64,000 bases of DNA from Callorhinchus milii (Eukaryota). Of the stretch, positions 13,119 through 45,739 are shown in pieces. The position numbers were made by a program, and so were the translations under genes. Below the pieces are notes generated by a model. That model searched no databases, was not told where the DNA came from, and worked only from the letters and a program-made list of their open reading frames with translations. Location: positions 73,348,001-73,412,000 of the forward strand of contig NW_024704742.1 in assembly GCF_018977255.1 (NCBI RefSeq), written 5' to 3'. Position 1 is the first letter of the stretch. The number at the start of each line of letters is the position of its first letter.

Positions 13119-13337
13119 CAGGATGTTCCAACCTTTTGGCTGCCAAGGGCCAGAGTCCCTATTTGAGAAATGTCCACGAGCTGCATAAGCAATATTTTTG
13201 TATTTCCCTTCCAGAAACATAACGTAACACTTCCAGTTAATGGAGGGAGCGAGTGGGCCAGATGAAATGGATGGAGCGGGGATTGAAATCAGCCCACAGC
13301 AGGATATAGCTCGTGGGCCTCCAGTTGGACTGTCCTG
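13119..13337. mobile_element. Probable hAT/Charlie-like MITE relic
   Basis: Termini CAGGATGTTCCAAC and GTTGGACTGTCCTG are imperfect TIRs; internal gggcc motifs. No clear TSD. Confidence 0.5.
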
Positions 13338-13476
13338 GCAAATTTCTCCTCATTCTTGACAGTAGAATCTATAAATTGCAAACATGTGGTATCAGTACAG
13401 CAGGAGTTCAATCATAACGGTGAATATCAACACACTGTAAGCAAAGTTGTCACTTTGATGTCTTTTCCTGTTCCAG

Positions 13477-13639
13477 AACACCTGAGGAGGCAGTGGAGGA
13501 GGTCGGTTCAGGTTCGGACTGGGAACGAGTGCTGCTCCTGTGTGACATGAACTCCAAGAGCAGCAAACAGTCAAAGGATGTGTCTCGAATGCGTTCTGTT
13601 ATAATTTCACTCAACCAAATGCCATTGGCAACTAAGTGA
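13477..13639 (+). CDS. CLTA: Clathrin light chain A terminal coding exon: TPEEAVEEVGSGSDWERVLLLCDMNSKSSKQSKDVSRMRSVIISLNQMPLATK*
   Basis: tcttttcctgttccag acceptor, phase 2, TGA at 13637-13639. Homologous to the LCa C-terminus EWERVARLCDFNPKSSKQAKDVSRMRSVLISLKQAPL. Convergent with GNE as in human. Confidence 0.92.
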
Positions 13640-13971
13640 AAGTACAAGATAAAAACAGCTTTCAGATGAGTTAAGTCGTGTTTTTAGTCCTAATGAGCTG
13701 TTTTAACTTGGAAGATTTGTAAGTGTAAATTAAAGTTGAGTCAGTGAGACTTAACATTTAATGTGGATATTTGTCATTTAGGATCTCTCCTTTCATTTGA
13801 AAGCCCTTTGGAAGATTATTAATAGCGTATCTGAGAAGCAAAAATGAACAAAACAGTTTCTGTTTGATTTGGTGCGTTTATTTGTATTGTGTATATTGTG
13901 TGTAGAAAGGGTTGGTTTCAATCCTGTAAATAAGATTAGATCTAATTGCAAACCTATGTTCTCGCTTGTCA

Positions 13972-13977
13972 AATAAA
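13972..13977 (+). promoter_or_regulatory. Probable CLTA polyadenylation signal AATAAA
   Basis: About 330 nt after the stop codon, followed by a GT/T-rich element (tgtgtgaagtattttgttgctgt). Confidence 0.65.
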
Positions 13978-16899
13978 GTGCATCAGCAAGTTCCCAGTTG
14001 TGTGAAGTATTTTGTTGCTGTCAATGGTTTTTTAGCGTTTAAATCCAAAATGATAGTATGTTTTCTGCTATTAAACAATGAATAATTTAAGAGAAGAGAA
14101 AGATAAATATTAAAATAGGCAAAAGAAACATTCCCAAAAGGTATTTTCATAACAGAGCAATTTTTTGAATTTTTTGAAAATGACACTATTGAGCTAATTG
14201 AGGAATTTGAACCTCATCTAATGGCGATACACCTTCGAACAGTGTGTGCTGATGACTGTTTTATTTATATATGTCCCCAGGTGCTTCACAGGATTTACTG
14301 GAAATTGTAGTAACTGTGTACTTGTTGATGAATCCAGCAGCCAATGTGCTCACCACAACGTTCCACACACCATGAAGTGAATAATCGATTTTATCTGGGG
14401 AAATGTTGGCCAGGACAATAGGAAGAAACCCCTTTCTTCTCTCGAATAGTGTCATGGGACTAACAATAACCTTGGTCTGATGCTATATCCGAAGGACATC
14501 AATTCAGATAATGCAGCATTTCTCCAGCACAGCACTGAAAATTGCATTTATATATCACCTTTCATGGAGGACATCCTAAGAAATTGGACAGTCGAGGGTT
14601 TACATTTGAGCTGGGGTTGGATTTGGGACAATGAGGATCAAGGGGGTGGGGGAGGGAGGTGACCAAAGGCACAGTCAAAGAGGAATGTCTTGAGATCAAC
14701 CTTGAAGTAAGCCAAGGGAGGCGAAGGGTCTCTGGGATAGAGCTCCAATGAATGGACCAGGCTTCAAAAAAGCAAACTTCAAGCCGAAATAAACATACAT
14801 AGTAGTTCAGCCTGAAAACTTTTAAGCATGATGATGGGGTTCCGCATGTGTCAGACGCCTGAGGAAAACATGTTTCTTGGAACAGACACTCCAATGCAGT
14901 TCTGGGGAGCACTACTTTGTCAGAGGCGCCATCCTTCAGATGAGACTCAAAAATGAGGTCTCGTCTTCCTGCCCCAGGACATTAAAGATCCCATGGCACT
15001 ACTCAGAGAAGTGAAGGGTTTGTTGGCCAATAATTCCTCAGTCATTAGCCGTGTTCCTAAGGGCTTTGTCCTTGGTCTTCACTTCTGCAACATTGTCCAC
15101 CTCCTCTCGAGCCACCAAGACCCTTATTCATGGTTTCATCATGTCCAGGCTCGTCTACTCCAACTCTCTGCTTACCGGACTTCCCAACTCTTCCCTCCAC
15201 AAGCAGCAGACAATCCAGGGCTCTGCAGCTCATGTCCTCTCCCACACAAGGCTCTTTGAGTCTATTCCCCCCACCCTCACCATACTCCCCACCTCCAGAG
15301 GAATGAGTTCAAGATCCTCGTCTTCACTTTTAAATCCCTTCATGTTCTTCCCCCATCCTAACTCTGCGTCCTTTTCAAACCCTACCAACCTGTCTGCTCC
15401 ACCATCGGCGATGGAGCTTTCAGCCTTTTTGCGCCCATTCATTGGACCTCTATCCCAGAGACCCTTCGCCTCCCTTCACTTACTTCAAGGTTGATCTCAA
15501 AACATTCCTCTTTGGCTGTGCCTTTGGTCACCTCCCTCCCCCACCCCCTTGATCCTCATTGTCCCAAATCCAACCCCAGCTCAAATGTAAACTCTCGACT
15601 GTCCAATTTCTTAGGATGTCCTCCATGAAAGGTGATATATAAATGCAATTTGTTGTTGTTGTTGCTGTCTCTTTAGTTACAATATGATAGTAGCATATTC
15701 CCTCTGTTCATAATCTTGGTTACTTCCTCAAAGCATTCGACCAAAGTAATCTCTGAGGCTCACGATGATAGCCGCTGGATTATCTACTTAGTGGGATCAG
15801 TAAAGCGGTTTTGGTGGGTCTGGCTAACAGATGACGTGCTTGGCCACAGAATGTTGGAATGGAATCATCGTACTGTGAGAATTACTGAGCTCTTATCCAC
15901 CAACTATTGTCCCTTTAGCAGCTTTGCACGTCTTCAATTAGTAAAAAACTTGCAGTCCAACTTGGCATGTTGACAGCTGACCCCTTCAAATACTGTAATC
16001 AGGTTTAGTATTATTTTTATTATTACTTCCTTTTATTAATATCGCAAGGATTAGTTGAGGTACAGATCAGCCATGATTCTAATTAAATGGCGGAACAGGC
16101 TGAATGGCCTCTTTCTTTCCTTCCCTTCCTCTCTCTTCTCCCTGTAAACTTCTCTGAGTTATTTTCCAGGTTGAGTAACCTGGTAAATAACATGATGAGT
16201 GCCCTGTCCCCTCTCCTCACTCATCACCCTGCTGTCTCCATGCCTACGGACTGACTGTGCCCCGCTGATTGCTTTGCTTTGTATCTGGATCAGAAGGTTG
16301 TGTTCAATTCATTCATTGGGATCTGAACTCATTATCTAAGATGAAACTTGTGCAGGGCTGCAGGATATGCCATATTTCATAGGAGACTTTAAACCAGGGT
16401 CCCATCTCTCTGGTTTTACATTTTGAAGTTCTCTGTTGCCACATACAGGCAGGGAAAGGTATAGCAATGCTTGTTTCAAATAAAGATCCCCTATAAACTA
16501 TTCCAAACAAACAAAAGCTTATCGTGGTTCTTTTTAAGACAACATCCTTCAGATAAATTGGACATTTCCCTCATGGGTTTTAAATTAGACTTTGCTGGTG
16601 AATGACAGCCGCATTCGCCAGCATTTGCAAAATGCTTTGACCTGAGGTGGGAGAGGAGGAATCAGTTTGACATGCTCTTTTGAAGGACAGCATCTCCAGC
16701 AATGCGGAATGTCAACCTGGATTAGGAAGGACCTTGTGTCCTGGTGGGGCACCAACCCACCTTTACTTTGGACTTCTCGAGACAATCCTGTATTAGCTTG
16801 GGACAACCAAGTTTGTCTCCAGGACAAAAATATTCTGTATCGAAACCCTTACAGGACACAAAAGCATTTGCATATAGAATCAGAGTTAAATCAATGTTA

Positions 16900-19800
16900 A
16901 ATCAAGGAGCAGAGAACCCAGCAGCGTGAGGAGGGAACTGAGCGAGGTGCAACAGAATGAGAATTCTGTTAAGGAATTTGGTGAGTGTGGGAATTCGGTG
17001 CAGAGGGGAAAAAAGGTGCAGAATTATAAAATATGTAATATTTATATTAAAATAATTTAAAACATGTCTAGAAATATGGCAGGGCAGCTGAGACTGGTTG
17101 CATGCACAATGTGTGCCATGTGGGAACTCCAGGATGCTTTGTGTGCTCTGGACAGACACGTGTGTAGGAAGTGCCTCTGGCTGCTCGAACTTGAGCTCAG
17201 AGTTTCTGAGCTCGAGGAGAGGCTGATGTCACCACATAGCATATGGGAGGCTGAAGAGTTCATGTATCAACATTTCAGGAGGTGGTCACCCCACAGCCAC
17301 AGAAGTTTCAGAAGGAGAGTGAGTGGGTGACCACCCAGCATGGTAAGAAGAGGGGACAGGCAGTGCAGAAATCCCCTGAGAGTGTGGCACTCACAAACTC
17401 AGAGCGCTTCATAATAACGGAATCCCGGGGCCGAGCCAGGGGGAGGGGGAAGAAGATGACCAAAGGCGCGGTCGAAAAGAAAGGTCCTCAGTCGAGACCT
17501 GAAAAGAGGAAGAGAGGGGGCAAGGCGAAGGGAGTGAGGAAGAGAGTTCCAGAGCCTCGAGGCATAGTGGCCAAAGGCACGGCCGCCGATGGTGGAGCGG
17601 AGGATTCGGGGGACAAGGAAACCAGACCCGGAGGAACGAAGGTAACGGGTACTGTCTTGAGGAGAGAGGTCAGAGAAGTAGGGGGGTGCAGAGGAGTGGA
17701 GGGATTTGAAGACAAGGGTGAGGATCTTGAAGTCGATCCTCTCTGGGACAGGCAGCCAGTGCAGTCTGGCAAGGACTGGGGTAATCGGGGAGCGGAATTT
17801 GGTGCGTGTAAGAATGCGGGTGGCGAGTTTTGGATGACCTGGATTTTCTGGATGGTAATGGAGGGGAGACCGGCGAGGAGGGCATTTGAATAGTTCAGCC
17901 GAGAGGTGACAAAGGCATGGACCAAGGTTTTGGCGGCCTTTGGGGTGAGATATTGGCGGAGACGGGCGAAGCGTTGGAGGTGGAAAAAAGCAGAGCTGGT
18001 GAGGGACCTGATGTGGGGGAGGAAGGATAATTGGGGGTCGAACCTGACGTCTAGGTTGCGTACGGGTTCGGAGAGTTTTAGGGGGAGGTAAGAACTGTGC
18101 GATTTAAGACGTCGATGTTGGTGAGCTGCAGGCCCAAGTTGCCACATGGGGTTATGATATAGTGATAATAACGGAGACCTGGCTCAAACAAGGGCAGGAA
18201 TGGGAGCTGAATATTTCCTGGCTACAATGTATTCAGGAGGGATAGGGAAAGAAAAAAAGAAAGGGGTGGCAATATTGATTAAAGACACGGTTATTGGCCC
18301 TGGAAAGAGATGATATGCTAGAGGATCCAAAAACAGAATTTATTTGGTTAGAGTTAAGGAACAGAAAAGGAGCTGTTACTCTGTTAAGTGTATACTATAG
18401 ACCACCAAATAGTGGGAAGGAGATAGACGAGCAAATCTGCAAGCAGATTTCAGAAAGATGCAAAACCAATAGAGTAGTGATAATGAGGTCTTCAATTATC
18501 CTAACATAGACTGGCAAAATAACAGTCTAAAGGGCAAGGAAGGGGAAGGATTTCCTGAAATGGGAAGGATAATTTTCTGGATAGGTATGTTTCCAGTCCA
18601 AAGAAGAAGGAAGCAGTGCTAGATCTGGTTCTGGGGAATGAAGTGGAGCAGGTTTCAGTAGGAGAGCATCTGGACAACAGTAATCACAACATCATTAGGT
18701 TTAGAGTACTTATGGAAAGGGACAAAGAGCAATCAAAGGTGAAGATACTCAACTGGAAGAGGGATAATTTCAGTGAATTAAAAAGGGACGTAGCCAAGGT
18801 GGACTGGAAAGAAAGATTGGCAGGTAAAGCAGCTAACGAGCAATGGGAGGCTTTCAAGGAGGAGATAGTTCGGGGACAGAGGAAATACATTCCCACAACT
18901 GGGAAAGGTAGGGCATCCAAACCTCCCTGGATGAATAAGAAAATTGGGATTAAAATAAAACAGAAAAAGGAGGCTTATGATAAATGTCAGGCCCAAAATA
19001 GAGAAGATAATTAAATAGAATATAGAAAGTAGAGGAGAACTGAAAAAGGAAACAAGAGGGGCTAAGAGATTGTATGAGAAAAAATTAGTGGGTAACATAA
19101 AAGGGAACCCTAAGGTATTTTATAAGTATATAAAGAATAAAAGGTTAGTCAAAGGTAGGGTGGGTCCAATTAGGCACCAGAGGAAATCATCTTGTGAAGG
19201 CAGAGGGCATGGCTGATATACTGAATGAGTACTTTGCATCTGTCTTCACAAAAGGAGATGCAGCTAATGCCACAGTATGGGAGGAGAGGGTAGAGAAATT
19301 GGATAAGACTAAACCGAGAGGAGGTACTAAAAAGGTTGTCGGTGCTCAAGGAAGATAAGTCACCCAGTTCAGACGGGATGCATCCTAGGTTACTGAGGGA
19401 AGTAAGAGTGGGAATAATGGAGGCTCTGGCCACAATCTTTCAATCCTCCTTGGACACCGGGGTGATGCCAGAGGACTGGAAGGTTGAAAATATTGCTCCC
19501 TTGTACAAAAAGCGGCAGAAGGATAAACCTGGGAACTACAGGCCAGTCAACCTATCGTTAGTAGTTGGAAAACTTCTAGAGACTATAATCCGGGACAAAA
19601 TTAATTTTCACTTAGAAAAATATGGGTTAACACAGGACAGCCAACATGGATTTGTTAAAGGCAAATCATGGGCAACAAACCTGATAAAAGTTTTGTGATG
19701 AAGTAACGGAGAGGGTGGATGAAGGTAGTGCAGTTGATGTAGTTTATATGGATTTTCAAAAGGCGTTCGATAAAGTGCCACATAAGAGACTTGTAAGCAA

Positions 19801-20870
19801 AATGGAAGCCCATGGTATTAAAGGGACAGTGGCAGCATGGATACAGAACTGGCTCAGAGACAGAAAGCAGAGAGTGGTAGTGAACAGTTGTTTTTCTGAC
19901 TGGAGGGAAGTGTGCAGTGGTGTCTCTCAGGGGTCAGTATTGGGACCACTGCTGTTTTTGATCTACATAAATAACCTGCACTTGGGTATAGGGAGTACAA
20001 TTTCCAAGTTTGCAGATGATACTAAGCTAGAAGTAGTAACCAGTGAGGAGTATAGTAGCAGACTGCAAGAGGACATAGACAGACTGGTAAAATGGGCAGA
20101 CACATGGCAGATGAAGTTTAATGTGGAGAAATGCAAAGTGATGCATTTTGGGAGGAAGAATGAGGAGCGGCAATATACGCTGATGGTACAATCTTAAAGG
20201 GGATGAAGGAATAGAGAGACCTGGGGGTTCATATAAGTAAACCTTTGAAAGTGGCAGGACAGGCAGATAACACTGTTAAAAATGCATATGGGATACTAGG
20301 CTTTATTGGGGCATTGAATACAGAAGTCAGGAAGTTATGATGAACCTTTATAAAACACTGGTTCGGCCTCAGCGAGAGACTGTCTTCAGTTCTGGGCATT
20401 ACACTTTAGGAAGGATGTCAAGGCATTGGAGAGGGTGCAAAGGAGATTTACCAGGATGGTACCAGGAATGAGGGACTTCAGTTATCAGGAGAGGCGAGAG
20501 AAGCTGGGATTATTCTCCTTGGAGCAGAGGTTAAGAGGTGACTTAATAGAAGTTTTCAAAATTATGAGGGGATTCGATAGGATGAACGAGGAGAAATTAT
20601 TTCCACTGGCCGGTGGGTCAGTAACCTGAGGGCACCGATTTAAAATAGTTGTTAAAAGAAACAGAGGGGAGGTGAGGAGAAATTTTTTCACACAGCGAGT
20701 TGTTCCGATCTGAAATGCATTGCCTGAAAGGGTGGTGGAAGCCAATTCGATAAGAACTTTTGAGAGACGTAGGTAATTATTTGGGGAGGACAAATTTGAA
20801 GGGTTATGGGGAATGGGATTGAATTGGATAGCTCTTTTCAAAGAGCCGGCAGACATGATGGTCTGTATTT
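16900..20870 (+). mobile_element. Degenerate CR1 LINE: ORF1 N-terminus (17076-17400) and ORF2 APE endonuclease + RT (18150-20800)
   Basis: C..C...VCRKC..L..LELRVSELE (CR1 ORF1); VYYRPPNS, LDLVLGN, DKPGNYRPV, YMDFQKAFDKVPH, QGSVLGPLLF, KFADDTKL, LRGDLIEVFKI. Multiple stops and frameshifts. Confidence 0.93.
17400..18145 (-). mobile_element. LINE2 3' fragment inserted in the opposite orientation into the CR1
   Basis: VRNLDVRFDPQLSF...LVHAFVTSRLNYSNALLAGLP. Confidence 0.88.
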
Positions 20871-21484
20871 TGTAGGTGATTGTGGCAGCCAATTTACTCA
20901 CTGCAATAACAATAATAACCCTTGCATTTGATATAGCGGTTTATCACGACTTTTGAGTCGTCTCAAAATGCTTCCACAAGCACACAATGTAGCTGTCTTT
21001 AAATCTCCCATAATACTGGGGAAAGGCTTTCTTTCTCAAATACTGGTATTCAAAACACTTCAAAGAAATTCGCATTAGTCCACTCTTTTGATTTTATTGT
21101 TGCTGCTCATTTTGGAATCAAGGACATGAAGATAAGAACAAATGAATGCAAAGAAAATATAATATGCCAGGAAATTACAAAGGCTACATTAGGAGGCAAA
21201 ATCCCTTAAGCAAATAATTCAGTAGACGGGGTGGAAGGGAGAGTTGGCGACAAAAACTGGTCAAAACTTAAAAGACATGTTAGCAGCAGAGAAGCCTCTG
21301 AACAATGGACATAACACACACCAACAAATGTAAACAATGCAACTGATTTCATTAGTTATGTGGTCACACATGGATGCAACCACACTTCCAGTATTCTTCA
21401 TGTTTTTGTTTTCATGTTTCACATTAAGAAATGGTTAGATTATTCTCACTTCACTAACATTAAAAATGCATGAACAAAAAATGC

Positions 21485-21849
21485 AAACTATTGCAGATGC
21501 TGGAAATCTGAAACAAAAAACAGAAGTCGCTGGGAACACTCAGTAGGTCAGGCAGCATGTATGGAGAAAGGAAAGTGAGTCAACGTTTCGGGTCCACCAC
21601 CCTTTGTCAGAACTAATGCAATTCCCCTTTGTTTTGCATCATGAACACCTCTTTAACCCATCATCCCCTGTCCTCTACCCCATTTTCCCCCTTGCCCTGC
21701 CTCCCCCCTTTCTATTAGCCCATAAAAGCCTCTCCCTCCCAACATGCTGCAGTTCTGATGAAGGGCCATGGACCCGAAACGTTGACTCACTTTCTTTTCT
21801 CCATAGATGCTGCCTGACCTGCTGAGTGTTCCCAGCGACTTCTGTTTTT
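21485..21849. mobile_element. Short element with two inverted 99-bp arms, each carrying a hammerhead-like motif (probably derived from Penelope-like element termini)
   Basis: 21516-21614 is the reverse complement of 21751-21849. Related copies at 26465-26538, 51787-51903 and 63812-63932. Confidence 0.75.
21751..21787 (+). ncRNA. Minimal type I hammerhead ribozyme-like motif
   Basis: AGUU-CUGAUGA-a-GGGcC(AUG)GaCCC-GAAA-C-GUU-GACU: core boxes, stem II, stem I AGUU/GACU and palindromic AACGUU stem III. Confidence 0.65.
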
Positions 21850-22316
21850 GTATTAAAAATGTGTCAGTAAGAAGGCACTGGATAGGCTAATTAGTAAGAT
21901 GGTCTGAGGGCCGGCTTCTCATTCAGGCACATTAAGACTTTGGGCCTATAAACTCAAAGTTTACTTGTGCGACAACCTCACTGGGTTTAATGCAATTTTG
22001 TACCTCAAAAAATTCACCTTTGATACAACTAGGTCAATCAACACGCTCGTGTCTTGCAATTACCAAAAAAGCTGGTTGTTCTTTATCAACATAAAGTGTT
22101 GGTACCAGGGAGGCATATATAGCTCAATAAAATAGACTGAAAAGTTAATTGGTTTAAGAGAAAAAATGAAGTTGAATATATGAATTTGGTTAATTAGACA
22201 GAAAAAACTAATAATTTTAAAAAGAGTGAATGGGCAAAAAATAGCATTTTATAGTACAGGATTATTAAATTAAAATTATTCACAACATTGTCATTAACAT
22301 TACTGATACATTAGTG

Positions 22317-23149
22317 TTTATTTCAGAACTGTGGTATGCCAACTGAAAATTAAAACAATTGGCAGACATCAGGATATTGCCATTTCTCTGGATCAATCAA
22401 CACTCAAAGGGAACAGTGTCCTAAACTTACTCAATATTCCTTATCTTCCACAATTAAATATAATCTTGTTGTTGCCTTTCATGTCAAGAGGACATCTTAA
22501 AACACTTTACAGAATTTACTGTAAAGTTAACAATTTCATATATATATACCAAATGTTAAGATTTGTAAACTTGGAAACAAAAATAAAATGTTGTAACTTT
22601 CAAAATTTCAAAGGGGAACTCTTAAATGTTTATTCACTAATCTAACATGTCTGAAGGAATACATACAACCTTGACAAATGGTTCTTTTGTTCACTATTAA
22701 ACATCATGCATGGGTGATTTGCATGTAACAAGCTTGTTGATGGAAATCAAAGTAAACATTGAGTAACTGAAGACGTGAAAAAAGAGAGGAAAAAAGGACA
22801 AGAAATGTGAGGGGCTCAAGAGAAACCAAAGTGAACTACAGAGAAAACTTGAAAGCACAAATATTATGTTGATTCTGGTAACTGTTCAAGTAATTCTGGC
22901 TAAACCAACTGCTGCAATTGTCATGCATGCCACTCTCTGATTTCCCATCCCTCTATATGAAAATGCACCACATTCAGCGCTACTGACTCCAGAAATTATA
23001 TTTTTATAATATATACACATAAATTCAGATTGTATAAAAGTAACAAAAAAGTATGCGTCACATCATCTATCCCCAGGGGCAATTAAATATTGAAAAGTTT
23101 GAAACTGTAGAGATTGGAAAGGTCTGATAGTTCCCTCCTTTCATTTATT
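22317..23149 (-). promoter_or_regulatory. Candidate GNE polyadenylation signals (minus-strand AATAAA at 23144-23149, 22629-22634, 22317-22322)
   Basis: tttatt on the plus strand within an AT-rich, repeat-poor region downstream of the stop. Which one is used cannot be determined. Confidence 0.4.
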
Positions 23150-23506
23150 GATGTAAATTCCGCTCCAGATTTCACTAAAGAACGAATGAACAAAAAATGA
23201 ATGAGGGAACACTTTAAAAATAGAACTGATTTGGAACAGTCGATACAGCCACATTGGGCTCTAAAATTCCCATTGTGGCTATTTCATCTGTCAATTTCAA
23301 ATGGGATTCATTACTTAATGAAGGAATGTAAATGCATGGACTCATAGGAAAAACCTCTGAATACAATCTTCTTTTGGAGCAGAGGTTCCACATGTACTTA
23401 TAATTCCCAGAAAGAGTCCCCACTCCGGCTCCTGAACTAAGGACTAAAAAAAAGCCCGTATTTTAGACCCCAATGTTAATTCTGGTAACTGAATGCTTGT
23501 GATGAT

Positions 23507-43757
<20,251 letters not shown>

Positions 43758-44184
43758 GGTCTTCGCAGTCTGAATTTCTTCAAAGTTCCTGTAAACGGAG
43801 AAAAAATACATTTTGTTTCTTTTTTAAATAAAGCAAATCCACGAGATTGTAGGGGATACTGGCTATCTCAGTTGGTAGTTCTAAGTCAGAAAGGTTGTGG
43901 ACTCAAACCCCACATAAGGACTTTGAATTCCTATTGACCAAGGTGAAGAGTCTAGACTAGTGCTGGTGAGGGGGGTGGGGGGAGCAGCTTCATCGTTGGA
44001 AGGTGTCATCCTTTGGATGAGAGGTTATAACTAGGTTCTGTCGGCCTGTTCAAGTGGACATTAAAGATCCCATGAACTATTCAAAAAGAGATGTTCTCCC
44101 AATGTCCTGGCTTACAGCAAAAAAATTATCATTCACTTCATGGCTGTTTGTGGGACATTACTGTATGCATATTGGCTGTCACGT

Positions 44185-45192
44185 TCTACCTCCACATCTA
44201 TGCAAATGACACCCAAATATATCTGTGCCTTCACCCTCGATTCAGGACGATTGCTGTCCTAAGCGATTGCCTGTCGGACATCAAGTTCTGGATGAGAACC
44301 AACTTTTTCCAGTTGAATGTCAACAATACAGAGACCCTCCTGCTTGAATCTCATCAGGGCCTTCTCACCTCAGGCACTGCCAGCATCACTATACATACAC
44401 ACTTCACCTCACTAAAACCAGTATGGAACCTTGGTGTCTTATTCAACTCAGTTGTCTCATATTCATGCTTTGCTCCAGTCAGCTTCCCCTACCTCTGCAA
44501 CATTGCCCACCTCTGCAACATTGCCCACCTCTGCAACATTGCCCACCTCTGCAACATTGCCTGCCTCCACCACTACTTCTCTCCTCGGGCCACCGAGATC
44601 CTTATCCATGGTTTATGTCCAGGCTTGACTATTCTAACTCTCTGGTCTTCCTAACTCTTCCCTCCACAAATTGCAGACTATTCAAGCTTCTGCAGATAGT
44701 GCCCTCGCCTGCAACAGAGGGAGTTGATAACCTCCATCCTCGCCAGGCTCTACTGGTTCCCATCCCCCAGAGGATCGAGTTCAAAATTCTTATCCTCACT
44801 TTTAAATCCTCCAGTCTTGCCCTACCTTACGTTTGTGACCTTCTAAAACCTTACCTTCCTGCCTGCTCCCTCTACCCTGCTGGCATGGCCTGCTTCACAC
44901 CATCATCATCCCACAATTGTTGGTCTGGCTATTAACCTTTTTGCTCCAACTCTCTGGAACTCCAGCCCTGAATCCCTTCACCTCGCCACTTCCTTCACCT
45001 ACTTCAAGGTTCATCTCAAAACCTTCCTTTTTGACAGTGCCTTTAGTCAGCTTCCCTCCCTCATGCCTACCCACCTTGGCCCCTATCCTCATGTATCCAA
45101 CCCCCAGCTCGGGTGCAAACGTTCAACTGTTCAGAGCCTTGGGACGTCCTCGCGATGAAGTGAAAAATAAATGCATTTTATTGCTGTTGTTT
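44185..45192 (+). mobile_element. LINE2 fragment. Other LINE2 fragments at about 68-460, 4830-5200, 5655-5925, 6610-7700, 15085-15665, 26850-27236(-), 30270-30840, 33950-34605, 41700-42145, 43185-43580(-), 46750-47070, 51030-51365, 55897-56240(-) and 59640-60010(-)
   Basis: YANDTQIY, DCLSDIKFWMRTNFFQLN, SRLDYSNSL, PQRIEFKIL; shared 3' ends. Confidence 0.85.
44491..44561 (+). repeat. 18-bp tandem repeat x4 (acctctgcaacattgccc) inside LINE2
   Basis: Read directly from the sequence. Confidence 0.9.
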
Positions 45193-45739
45193 TAAGAGTA
45201 TCACTCTTAGACCACTTGTTGATCACTCTTTTCATTGCCAAGTGAAAAAGAAAACTAAATTGTTGGAACCAAGGCATGAGTTTATTCAAAACATAACTTA
45301 TAACATCATTCATATATACTATATATATACACACACACTCGCACAGTCACACCATACTTACACACAACCGTGCAAACACATACCTACACATATTTATGTA
45401 CTATATATAAACGGCTACAGGGTTGGATTATGAGGAAGGCATGTTCAGTAAGTTTCAGTGCATGGCACTCCCACAAGTACATGGGTTCACCTCAACAATG
45501 TTTTAGCATATTCATAAGTTAATGGTGTTAACTGTGCTGTCGTGACAGAGACTTGGTATGTACTCAGAGAGAGGTCAAACAAAGTGAAGGGAGAGTCATA
45601 CAAGGCCGCTCCTGCTGTCCCTCGAGTAGGTGTGGGGCAGCGGAGAATTAAAGCTGTGGTGTAAAGGGATATGACTGTGAATATTTTTGTGGGCGAAAGC
45701 TGCAGTCAATTTATGCATAACAATGTCTCAATGGCACCT

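Noticed and set aside
18294..20629. Intact reverse transcriptase gene
   Set aside because: CR1 ORF2 is broken by several stops and frameshifts.
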